NCBI GenBank assembly: GCA_964019335.1
Contig: OZ025741.1
Coordinates: 62,001 to 126,000, forward strand
Direction of reading: 5' to 3'
DNA from: Diplonema japonicum
Taxonomy: Eukaryota > Protista > Euglenozoa: Diplonemea
Length of the DNA stretch: 64,000 bases
Shown here in pieces: positions 12,749 to 24,700 of this stretch. Position 1 is the first letter of the stretch; the number at the start of each line of letters is the position of its first letter. The notes beneath the pieces were generated by a model that saw only the letters and a program-made list of their open reading frames with translations, made no database searches and was not told the DNA's origin. Position numbers and translations under genes: made by a program.

Positions 12749-15700
12749 TCACACAGCATCAGCGGCAGTAAATTCTTTAAGGCTCTCCGGAGACCTATAC
12801 AACCTGAGTAGCTCTTGATAGAGTGCTGCCTCAAGGCGGAGATCCTCTTCGCACCGAGAGTAGTACATGCATAGAATAAGATATTCGACAGGCCGAGGAT
12901 CTTGCATGTCCTCAAGGATAACCTTGTAGGCGGACCCGACGAAGAACGAGCGTATCAGACGGCCTATAGTCAACACAAATGTGGTGTAGAGGGCAGTGAT
13001 ACTGAAGGACGCCAGCAAGGACCCAAGCCCGCTATTATCCGCCACCGTGTCGGAAGCGACAAGAAGGAAAAGACTCTTTGCTTGCATTGTTGTGCATCGG
13101 CTTGTTGCGGAGTCGTACTCCGGACAGCCCGACCATCTGTAATGTTTCGATCTTGAGTAGCACTCTGCCTCGTCCTTGCTGGGTGCGAATGCAGCGTCCA
13201 AAGGGTTGCCATTCTCGAAAAGTGAGTCGCAGATGATTTCGGCGCTGAACCCTGCAAACTCCCCGCATTGCTTTCCGGTCCCGTCGCATGAGGAGCTCAT
13301 CTGCACTTTGCAGTCGATCCTTGCCGTGTGGCGCGGGTCGTAAAGTTCAAGGTTCTCCCTCCTGCTGAAAAGGAACGGGGAGTAAAAGTTAGGCAGCTCT
13401 GCCGACACGGTGCCGTTCCCGCTGATCGCCTCGCTTAACGCCACCCGCGCAGCGTGTGGGATCGTGTACCGAGCACGCTGCTGCACCTCAAGTAGTGATG
13501 CTTGGCTCGCCGACTTCCTTGTAACCGTCATGTCGATTGATATCTCAACAGCATGCGGCATTGCAAAGATGTCCTCCACGTACAGGTCTTGTACCTTATC
13601 CGGTGTTACGGGCACCACGTTGCTTGTATTTGCCAGCTTGTCCCATAGTGCTAGACCGGCGCAGCATGGGTCTACTTGGACGTCATCGCATTTAGTTGAT
13701 GGGCAGCGTGTGCCGTCTACGGCACACCCCTTTGGTCCCAGGACGCTGTTTTGCATCATCATCCGAGCTTCCTGAAACGTCAGCGCGCCGTCGTTGTCCG
13801 TGTCGAACTGCCGCACCACCTCCATGGCCTCGGATGTGTTCCACAGTTGATTGATGATGTTCTCCTTCGCGTGGCTCGTGATCCACCACACTGTCTGCGA
13901 GCTTGTGGGCAGTTCGCTCAACTGTACCGTCTTGCCTTTGTAATCAAACCCCTGTGCTGCAGGTCGTGTGAGCTGGACTTCACGCAAGACTCCGTCGGGG
14001 ACGCCTCTTCTGTTTGTTGATGGCAGCACATCGCGCCCGGTGTAGAAGGGCGGTGCCCCCACAATGCCCACCTCCATGGTCGCGTGCTCCACGTAGTTGT
14101 TGGTGAGCGCTGGTGAGAAGCTGGAGTAAAACATGAGCGGGAAAAAGATGATGACCACCAGAACGATGGCCACAGTGCAACCTTCAGATGCTTTGATGCT
14201 AACGGGGAGCTTCTTGTCCTTCCCAATGTCCTTGTTCAGCAACCGGGTCTCTTCAAGGTCGCACCTCGCGAGGTACAGCTCGTGGCTGATGTCCTGCAGC
14301 TTCACCCAGTACTTGAACTTCAGCGTCGTGGTGGTGAAGGTCCAGTCCAGTACCACTTTCAGCTCGTAGACGAATGGTACAGCTCTTGCGACTTGGTAGA
14401 GATACGCGAAGAAAGGGTGATGTTTGTTGTGGAAAAAGTCGGGCCGCATGGTGTAGCCTTCTCGTAATTGCGCAGCGGAAATAAGCAAATAAAGAGCCTT
14501 GATGCAAAACAGGGCGGACACCACACGGACAGCTTGCGCTGACCCGAACGACGTGATCACATACTTGGAGTCGATCTCCACTTCAGCAGTGAGCCGCGAC
14601 GCTGACCACCACGAGAAGAGCCCGAAGTACAGCCCTGTGAGGAACACCTGGAAGATGAACTTGACAAGGATCTGTTGGTACAGGTACAATATCCTGTCAA
14701 CGATGATGATGACGAGCAGTATAAGCTGCGCCACGACGAGCGACCCGGGCAGCATGTTGTTGCTGAGGGACGCCGCAAGGTCGGTCTCTTCGCCGTCACC
14801 GATCGAGTAGTACGAGAAGATGAACATCACAAAGGCAACAAAGTCAACGATGAACATGAAGCTGTAGTAGTCCGCTCCGATCTTCAACTTGTTCCCGTTC
14901 AGCACGTTGGACTGCAGGATATGTAGCACTGAGAACGTCGCCTGTGCGGATTCTTCTTTTGCGGCTTTCGCGGCAGCCAAGGCGCTCCCCCCAGCGATGG
15001 GGATGTCGTGTTCGATTTTTGCGAGTTCTGCAAGCCTTCCTAGATCGCGCAGCCCTGCGCCAACCTGCTCGTCGGGTAACGAGCCACCGCAGCCATCTTG
15101 GTCACGGATTGTGTTCCCTTCGCTGTTATAAAACATGTGGGTTACAACCTTCGGTGCGCCCGCTGCTACACGCTTCATCAGAAACCTTCCGTTTACAGTG
15201 TACTCGACAACTACTTCGGGATGCACCACCAGATTGTCGTCGACCGTCTCCTCACACTTCAGGTGTGTAAGGAGCACCTCGTCCATCTTCTCCGCCTCAT
15301 CCGGCACTGTCTCCTCCTCGTAGTGGTAGCTGAGCGATGCGTCTGACCACAGCCCCATCGTCTCCAGTAAGTGGCAGTGGGTTAGAATGGCCAAGATGCA
15401 CAGTAACTCCAGGATAACAGCGTCCATAAGATTGGTGATCGCACCAAACAGGAAGGGTTGGTACAGCTGGATTTCATCGAACCAGCCCTTCAGAAGACTA
15501 AAGGCGGCAGCCTTAAACGTGACTTCCGCGTAGAGGAAAACAAGGCACCACCTCCAATACTTGATGTGGGGCCTGGGGTACATGACTATGGCGTAGACAC
15601 AGACGGAGATGGGAAGGGGAAGGCTCAAGTAACAGGGTTCCCTGATGAAGTCGACGAAGAAAAGCATGTAGCACAGCTTGTCGGTGTTGGACTTCAGGAA

Positions 15701-18700
15701 CCACTGCAGGGTATCCCAGAACTCGGCGTATCTTCCTGTGTACGATGCAGATGGCCTGGCGTGCGAAGTAGTTCTCAGCAGCCCGGTGAGCTCGTCGATG
15801 AACACGTTCAACACGTAAGAGTAAGGCAGGATGCCAAACTCGTTGTAAGCGGTGGTGTCGTGCGATTTCTTCCTCCCCTTCACGATGAGTTTCTTCTCCG
15901 TGCCCTGCGTGCCAGTGATGAGAATTGTTGATATCGACTGGTCGTGCATTGGCTTTCGGGGGATAACCAGAAGTGATTGAGACTGCGACCTGCCTCCCCA
16001 CCCAGAGACGTCTAAGGGAAGCGAGGACGGTGTCCCCTCCGAGCATGAATCGTCGGAGACATACTCTGCTGCTAAGGGGCTCTTCTTATCCTTCTTGTCC
16101 AAGAAATTACTGGACAAAAGCCTCTCCTCTAAAGGAGACCGTGGGGGCCGCGGTGACCCTGCAGGTGGAGGTGACGTTGCTTGCACGTAGTCCGACGACA
16201 CCTCTACAGCACACACACCGCACAGCTCGTCATCTTGCATTCTAGCGCACGTTGGGCAAATCGACACTTCAGCTGACGTGTACCCCAACCGAACGCCCTT
16301 CAACTTCAACGCTCGTTTCTCCTTTTGGCTCTTCAGTTTCTTCTTCTCCTCGTCCATTCGCGACAGCCACTCCTGCTGGATTACCTCCCCAAACTCCATC
16401 CTCTTGATCTCTATCTCCTGATCATAGTACAACATCCACACCCAATCGTGATTGCAGTAAATGCGGCCCATCACATAAGCAGCACCCATAATGACAGCGT
16501 GCATGCCGAGCGCCTTCACACCGAAATGCCTGTAGAACCCCCCGCTGTCTATGTTCTCTTCAATGAGAGGAAAGTACAGGAGACACGTGGTGAAGAGGAA
16601 GGTGGTGTACAAGTAAGTGACCCACCTCCACAGGTTGTTGCCTTTCCATCTGAGGATGTTACTGTTATGGAGCAGGTACATAGAGGTGAGGGTCTTGCAG
16701 AGGTCGACAAAACCAGGCTGCTCAGGCTGGCAACCATCGATGAAGACCACGGTTAAGATGAAGAAGGGGAACACGAGGTTGAAGAAGAAGCGGAGTCGAT
16801 CGAGAGGTGTGCGATGACGTTGCGAAGATGGGGTAAAGTCGCGTTCAGGATGCACATTGGTTGCTGCGCTGCAGGCAGTGCAGCCACAGCCAGGAACAGG
16901 CAGCCCGCCTTCTACAGAGATCCTATGAAGGTCTCCGTATGGATACGGGACTCTTTGGACGCCAAACACTAAACTGTACACCGTTAAGATTGCCTTCTTC
17001 GCCTCTTGAACTTCTTTCCAATGTTCCGTCAGAACCGCGGATGTGGTTCTCTTGCTTGCTTCCCATTCCGCCTTAATGTCGTCCCCCCTCTCCCTCGCCC
17101 TGCGGTAAGCCACGAGCTGTGTTACAACACACAACGCCACCACCACCTCCACCGCAAGTTCCATGGGCACTACATCGACACTCAAGTAACCCCGCCACAG
17201 ACCCAACGACTCTTCGTTATATGGCAGCTTCCTCTCGGTACTATCTCCTGGAAGCCCCAAATATGTTAAATACTGTACAACAAGGACCAGCCACGTCACG
17301 ACTAGGACACCACGCCATCTTTCCAACCCGCATCCAATAGGAAGTGCCATGCCTTCCCTTTCAAGGGCCAAACACGCGACTAGGAGTGCGAAGTAAATGA
17401 GGGCTCGAAGGGTGTCGGGCTGCAAGCAAATAGCAATGAGAAAGGCGAGCATTGAGGTTTCAAAACCAAGCGCGTCCATGACAAAAGCGGGATTCTGCCC
17501 TATGAGCAAGAACAGCGCCTTGCCCCGTCGCACGAGGTACCCCACGGCGTACGCAACGTGCACTCTCGTGCTGCTGTCAGGCATGGGGGGGTCCTCAATG
17601 GCTTCAACTATTCCCGTGGCGGAGTCGACAAAGCCCTCTTCTTTCCAGCCCTGCGACAGGGTAACGAGGAGGCCCGTGATGTACGCTATGGTATAGGTCC
17701 ACACAACACTCAGGATGGTGCCCCCGAACCGGAGGCCGATGTAGGCAGCTGTCACAGTGCTATCATTCAAGTTCTCGCCGACTACAGGGAATTGAAACAC
17801 GATGGACATCAAGGTGACAAGGAAGGAGTAAACGTTGAATGGCGCGTAGATCTTATTACACATCTCGGGGGAGAACTGAAAGACCCCAAGCACTGCAGCA
17901 TACGGGATCGAGATCAGAGTGGAGCGGTACCCAGACGAGCTGTACACAGCCGCCAAGAAGAGCGCAATGACCAACGCAGTAGTGCTGTAGGCAGCCATCA
18001 GCCTCTTCACTACAATATTCACCTTTTTGCGTCTTTCCAGAACTTTTTCTGTAAGGGGGTAGCTCCAAGACGTCGCACCCACTTGCAACTGAGCTACCAC
18101 CATGACTAGTATTAAGGGAAGCAGTCTTTTGAAGGCCCGGAGGCTCCCACCGTCGTTCTTCACGACAACATAAGCGAGTCCAACGTATTCGGCAGAGATG
18201 CCCATGCTGTCGAAGGCGGAATCGAAAGCGTCCTTGCACACGGACCATTGGTAGAAGTAGAGAAGTATTGCCCACAGTAAGGTGACCTCCCTGGTGATCC
18301 GCCACCCAATGTTGCGTTGGTAAGGGGTGAGGTTCAGCCCGCGGGGTGTCATGCACATGGCAGCGAGCGCCATGAACATGCAGTATAAAATACCAGACAG
18401 AACGCTGGGCGGGTGCAGCCCAGAGACGAGCATCAGCACGACCAAGGCAAACAGATCAAGCACAACACCTGGCGGCACACCCGTCACACACGCGATGGCG
18501 AAGAACACCCTGTACCTGATGCGTGGCTGCGGCGGGTGGCTAGGGCGTACAGGGGCGTCAGGCGGTGTTAAAGGATTGTTTGGGGGTGTCTGCAGCCTCA
18601 GTTCTTCAAGCTCTCTCATTTCTTGGACATTTTCCTGTGAACGAAAAGTCTTTTCTTCTTTTTTTCTTTCTTTCTCATACCTCGTGCGTCTTCTTCTCTT

Positions 18701-21068
18701 TATGAATGCTCCACTGCTTGATGCTGAAGAACAGAGACAAAAACAACGGGAAAAGCTGCCACGCGTCGCTGTCATGCAGACCGACGACGTCCTGCAAGGC
18801 AGTCCGAGCAGACTGTTTGTTGTGTTGAAAAAAATCAAAAGCTGAGAAAAGTAACGCCCCTATCTCTAAAACCCGTCTAGTCAATCCTTGCTCTAAAGGG
18901 GCTATAGAAGGAACTTTAGGAAGATTCTTTTCTCAAGAATTCCAGCGTTCAAATCATGCAAGAACTAACCAAGTAGCTAAGACCTTCGAAGGAAAACCTC
19001 TTTGTGGAATTTCCAACAGAACGGGTACCGGACGGGTTTTAGAGATTTGGGGTGTAACGAAAAAGAAACATACCGCCATCGCTGGGAAGAAATCGCGCTC
19101 CAAGACGTTGAATAAGTACAGAAACGTTAACAGAATCGAAACATAAGTCAAAAGGTAGGGCCACATAGGCATGGCCAAGGAAGGGCGGTAGAAGAGGAGG
19201 AGGCAAGTGAGGAAAAGAACCCCGTGAGCACCGTCGATGGTCCAGCACGATGCGAAGAACAATGTCGACATGCTGAGTGCGATGAAGCAGCGATGGTAGA
19301 ACCTTCTCGCACCTATTACCACTGAAGACGTTTCTGCCTCCTGCCTACCTCCTCGTCGTCTGAAGTTTATGTACAGCCGCTTTGTGAGGCCGATGAACAC
19401 CAGCAGCAAGCCCAAGATGGGCAGCATCACCATCGTGCAGCTGCTGGACCCTAACCCCCCGCAATTCGAGATGGCGAACCCTGCAATTTCTAGCCGTCTC
19501 TGCAGCGCAGACGTGTTGTTGCTTGCGGTGTCCTCGTAGTGCCTGGACGCAGCCACACCCCATACCCCCACTACATGTATCACAGCAAGGCACAACGCTG
19601 GTGTTAACAGCTCGAAGAAGGCGTGCTTCCTCATCATGGACATCAAAAACAAGATAAGCCACACCGACGACACGACCGACGGCAGCAAGATGATGATGAG
19701 TGTGAGGAGCACAACGAGGATCCTGCTGCAATACCTGTGCGAATTCGTGACGAGGAGGTTGATGACTCCCTTGGTGATCTCACCGGTCCGCTTTTCCGCG
19801 TACGCGCTAAGTTGCGAAAAGTCCCCCACATCAGGCAGCCTCACCATGCGAATGAGCTCTTTAAGCTCTTTCTTCGACATGTCCTTGATGACAGCCGTGA
19901 GGGACATCATGCCTTGCAGCGTCGCGTCCAGTGGGTTGATTGAAGACCCTGGGTTGTTCATGTCCACATCGTCTATGTCGAGGCTCCCCTCGGTAGCCTC
20001 ATCGCCGGACACAGTGTACGCGCAGAGGATGAGGTGCAGCACAGCAAGAAGGATGACATGCACTACGTTCTGCACCTCGAGCTCGACGCCGCCTTCCTTT
20101 CCATGAGAGTCATGCAGCCACGACACGCCAAGGACCTTGTAGATCCCCGAGTCAGGGATCTGGTCCGCCAAGTACGGCACAAACGTTGTATAGTGCGCTG
20201 TGATCAGCACTGCGCAGTACCGCCTGAACCCCGTGACCCATGGCCGTGACGGCGAGAACAGATGGTACCCTCGCTGCCGCGACCAGTTGACGCAATACGC
20301 GACAAAGACAAGTAGCAAGGGGATGTCCAGCACGGCAGGGTGGCTCGCAGCGCTCATCCCACTCAAGACCGCCACCACAGAGAAGCTTCTCACTTTTGCA
20401 CTACTGTTCACCGTTTCTGGTGCATCGCCCGTGTCCTTTGCCAGACGCTTCTTCATGGTGCGGAGGAGGATGGCAACGCAGACGAGGACTAGTTCAGGGA
20501 CGGTGCACTTAATGCGCCCCCAGGCTGTAGAATCACGGAAAGAACATAGACCAAGCAGCTCTGCCCATGTTGAGTTGACGAACCCACGCTGGGAAGATGT
20601 CATTGCTTGGAGGGCTATTTCCGTGATGATCTGGGAGAAAAGGGAGAGTGCAGCGGTAATGCCTGCAACGTAAACAGTAACGGAGCACTTAGACACAGGG
20701 TCCGTGGGGACAATGCCCGTGAGGTAAGGGTGGGTAGTTGCGGCAAAGAGAAAACACATGATATAGATGGCTGAAACGAGATTGAGGCGGAGCATAGGGA
20801 CGCCGATGAAGAGGAGCGGGCTGATGCCAGCCAGCCACGCGATCTTCTCCTTCGCCAGCTGGATCTTGTAGTAGTCGCTGGCTACATTGATAACATGCTC
20901 TGACCTGCTAGTAGACCTCCCACGGACTCCTTGGCTCCCCGCACGCGATCGCCAGTCTGATAGAAGCTGAGCAGCTGCCTGCATAGGGGTCTTGCAGTTC
21001 CCATTGTTCGCTGTGAGACTTGCCTCATCAAATCTGATGTATGGCACGTGCTCACGCGGAGAATCCAT
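12749..21068 (-). CDS. PIEZO: Piezo-type mechanosensitive ion channel, ~2670 aa; exons 19074-21068, 18681-18812, 12749-18634
   Basis: Many TM helices; Piezo anchor signature PFVYELKVVLDWTFTTTTLKFKYWVKLQDI; QLREGY; outer helix IIFFPLMFYS; inner helix ITALYTTFVLTIGRLIR; C-terminal LLRLYRSPE; two phase-0 GT-AG introns join the two long ORFs. Confidence 0.9.
18855..19054. mobile_element. 200-bp MITE-like element inside Piezo intron 1
   Basis: Imperfect TIRs CGCCCCTATCTCTAAAACCCGTC / GACGGGTTTTAGAGATTTGGGGTG, flanked by TAA on both sides; no coding capacity. Confidence 0.75.
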
Positions 21069-21193
21069 TTACTTTAGTTCGCATTTCCTCTGTTGGTTGG
21101 TAGGCAGGGCATGCAAAGACAAGATAAATAATATAAGAGAGAAAGAGAGGGAGGAAGAGATAAACTGGTATTTAAAAAAAAAGGGGGGAGGGG

Positions 21194-21255
21194 TGATTCA
21201 CCTAATACCCACTAAGGGAATTTTCGGGGTAATAAGTTGGGTATTAAGTGAATCA
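21194..21255. repeat. 62-bp inverted-repeat element (mini-MITE)
   Basis: TGATTCACCTAATACCCA ... TGGGTATTAAGTGAATCA, 17/18 complementary; core shared with 35604-35806. Confidence 0.6.
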
Positions 21256-21793
21256 TTCGGTTGCAATAACATGCGAACTCGTTATGGCACCACAGAGTGC
21301 CTACTGGATATCACTCACGGCATCGTGAAAGCGCCGGAGGATGCACCAGGCAAGGGCGGCATCAACAAGACATCACATCAAGTATGCAGAGACCAATGGG
21401 GAGGGGGAGGAGAGGACGGCGGATAAAAAAAGAAAAATTTCACTTGATATTCAGAATGCAAACATGGAATAACATTATCTTGCTCTGCATGGAAATTGTA
21501 GAAAGGAAGAGGGGGGAGGGGGTTCGAAGGGAGACAACGGGGGAAAAGGCGTGGACGAACGAAAGAAGGGAAAAAAAAAAAAAAAAAAACCAGAACACAG
21601 TTTTCTCTTTTTTTTTTTCCCTTGGTAAAGAGGGGTGCGAGGGGGAGGGGAGGGGAAAAATATGTTTTTCTTTGTGAGAAAAAAAAAGAAATATCATTGA
21701 TTACAATGGTTTTCTTTCTCATTTCTTTTTTTTTTTGTTCTTCGCGTAAGGGATTTGAAGAAAAGGATACTCCCTTTTTATTTTCCCTATTTT

Positions 21794-24700
21794 TTACTGC
21801 CGCTCTTTGGCTGACAAGTTCTCCTCAGCAGGGTACGGCATGACAGTCTCACGCACTACACGGTGGAGGACGAAGCACAACGAGATGGTGAGCATGCCCC
21901 AGGCGTAGATGGTGAAGGCCCAGGAGTAAGAAGGCCTGGTGATGTACTGCAGCTCACCGTGAAGAAGCGCCATGCCACCACCACGCGACTCCGAACGGGC
22001 AGATTCGTCCAGGAAGAGGCACCCGTAGGTGTTGGTAGACATCTGGTTGGTGTGCGCCCAGGCCGCAAGCACGAGGATCCACGCGAGGGTCAAAAACGCA
22101 GCCGACACAAAGATCATCTTCCCGAAGACAGCATGATGGGGCAGGAACGAGTACAGGACCACAGCCACCATACCAATGCCAAGGAACAGTGTCCCCGACA
22201 CAGCAAGCCCTGCAACGGTCTCCATGTCGCCCTCGAGGTCGCCCTTAGGGCAGACATCGCCGATCTTGCGACAGTTGTCGCCGCCTTCAAAGGTGGAGGT
22301 CTTGGGGAAGGCGCACTTCGGGGCGGAGAAGTCGGAGAGCGTCACGTCCATCTGCACAACGTGCACCTTCGAGTGCTCTGCGAAGTCCCCAGACTCAGCC
22401 AGCACAACGGTGTGCGAGTTCGCGATGAACATCCCCTCCACAGAGCCGCCGGTGATCTTCTCCGCAGCGCCCTCCACGCTGTTCACGTCGAACACCTTCT
22501 TCGTGGTCACCGCCTTGATCCCTGCCGCAGCGAGGTTCACAGCAGGGTTCAGGGCCAACGCACCCCCAGCCACAACCACCCTCTCGATGGAGTCCAGCGT
22601 CGCATCGGAAGCAATGTTGGTACCGGTGGAGAAGTCGGCCTCCCTCAGGATTACGGAGACGCCTGCGGGGCCGGACGTCGCGCGCTCCATCAGCAAAACC
22701 TTGTCGTCGCTCAACCAAGCAGCGGCACTGAAGCGCACGTCGGCCTGGGTGTTCGTGGCGTTCCTGAGCGAGGCAGGGTACTCACCCTCGGCGTCGCTGA
22801 GCAGCACCACCTTCTGCATGATGACAGAGGGGTTGGCGTAGTCGGTCACGTTCAACATGATGCAGCGCACGGCATTGGAGTTCAGCAGCGTTGCGTCCCC
22901 ACCGGTCAGGGGCGACTCAAGGCAGGCAACCACCTTGTCCTTGTCAGCGTTCACAGCGAGAGAGCCGAAGCCCCTGCCAACGCGTCTCTGGCGGTAGATG
23001 GCTGGGATCACGGCCTTCACGTTAGCACCACCCCCAAGGGCAGCAGCGTCCGAGGTGTAGATGGCCTGGATCTCACCGGCAGCGTTCCAGATCGCGATCT
23101 CGGGACCGAACTGGTCGGCACCGATGAACATCCCCTTCCCGAAGGCCTGCACGTCGCCCATGTTCAGCCCGAAGCTGGCAGGGGTAGCCACAACGGTGTT
23201 AGCGGGGCAGGTAGCGACGGTCCAGCCGGCGGCACCCCCGACGCGGGTGACCTCGTTGTCGGTCGTCGAGAGGCCGGCGAGGACGTTGTTGCCGCTGTAC
23301 TTCAGGTTCGCCCAGGAGTCGACGTGCACGACGGTAGAGGAGGCTTCGTTGGTGTACGTGTTGCCCAGCCTCAACTTCGCAACGGCGGGGGAGAAGCCCT
23401 GAAGGGCAAGCACGGTGGCGCCGTTGCAGTCAGCAGAAGGACCGCGGCCGGTCATGGCGTACAGCTCACCGCTGCAGTAGTCGTAGGTGAGGCCGCTGAG
23501 GCCAGGGGCGTCGTTGCAGAAATCACCGGTACCGGTGGCGCAAGGCTGGCTGCAGTTCGTGCAGGTCAGGTCCGTGGTGAGGTCGGGGTTTACAGTTCCG
23601 GCAAGGGGCTGGGCAGGGAGCGTGTAGCTGGTGAGCTTCTTCTTGGAAGAATCAACGAAGTGGTTGTCGTGGGGGAGGACGTTCACGTCGCCGGAGCTCA
23701 CCTCGTTGGCCAAGCTGAAGTCCCACGTAGCTCCGTTCTGCTCTTGCTCAAGGACGTGGAAAGTGAAGCTTTTCAGGGGCTTCATGCACCTCTCGGCGTG
23801 TCCGGCCCTTGCCTTGCAGGAGTTGATCTGGGGGCACTCCACAGACCAAGCGTGCGACCTGCAGCCCGCCTGCGTGCACCTCGCCCACGCGTTGCTGTAC
23901 ACCTCATCGGACTCGTAACCGGCACTGCAGCTGAGCTCCAGTTCGGAAGCGCACTGGGCAATGAAGGTGGCGTTGCAGTTCTGCGGCTGCGAGGCGAAGC
24001 TGTGGTCCTTCTTGAAGTCGTCGCTGCACATCTCCCAAAGACCAAGACCGAATTCCTTCCTGCCCCTTTCCTCCTGTGCGTACCTCATACGCCTCCACTG
24101 CGAGGTGGGCAGGGCAAGGGTCATGGCAACGAACGCGAGGATGCACAGACCCCAGGCTCCCGCTGACTGAGGCCAGTCCGACACCGTTGCGGCAATCCTC
24201 TTCGCCTCCTCCTCCTTCAGCCTCATCTCCTCCATGTCAACCTTGTCCTTTTCCAGGTCACCGCCCCACAGCTGCATGAAGTTGGGGAGCTTCTTCCCAC
24301 ACAGCTCTTCGGCCCTGAGGATACTTCCCCTGGTGAGGAGGTCGGCCCTGTTCCTGCGGACCCAGATGAGGACGAGAATGCTGAAGACGATGATGGCGAC
24401 AGGGACCCCGACGGCAACGAGCACCTCCCAACCAGCAATGGAAAGGGCGATGACGAGACCGGGCATGGCAAGGAAGGCAAGCAGAATGTAGGCAACGGGG
24501 AACCAGCGGAGGTTGGCGGCGGTATCGCCCATGAACTTGGCGAGGGCGAGGGGCACGGGACGGAGGGGCCAGATCATGAACCACACCACTGTCCCGAGGA
24601 CGTTGAAGAAGACGTGCTCCAGGGCAACCCTCATCCCAATCACGACGTTGTCGCTCGACAGGGCAGACAGCACACCGGTCACAGTGGTACCGATGTTGGC

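Noticed and set aside
19110-19126. Minus-strand GTTTCTGTACTTATT resembling the 3' end of the euglenozoan spliced leader
   Set aside because: Lies inside a Piezo TM-coding exon (LTFLYLF); no 5' SL part or downstream SL intron; chance match
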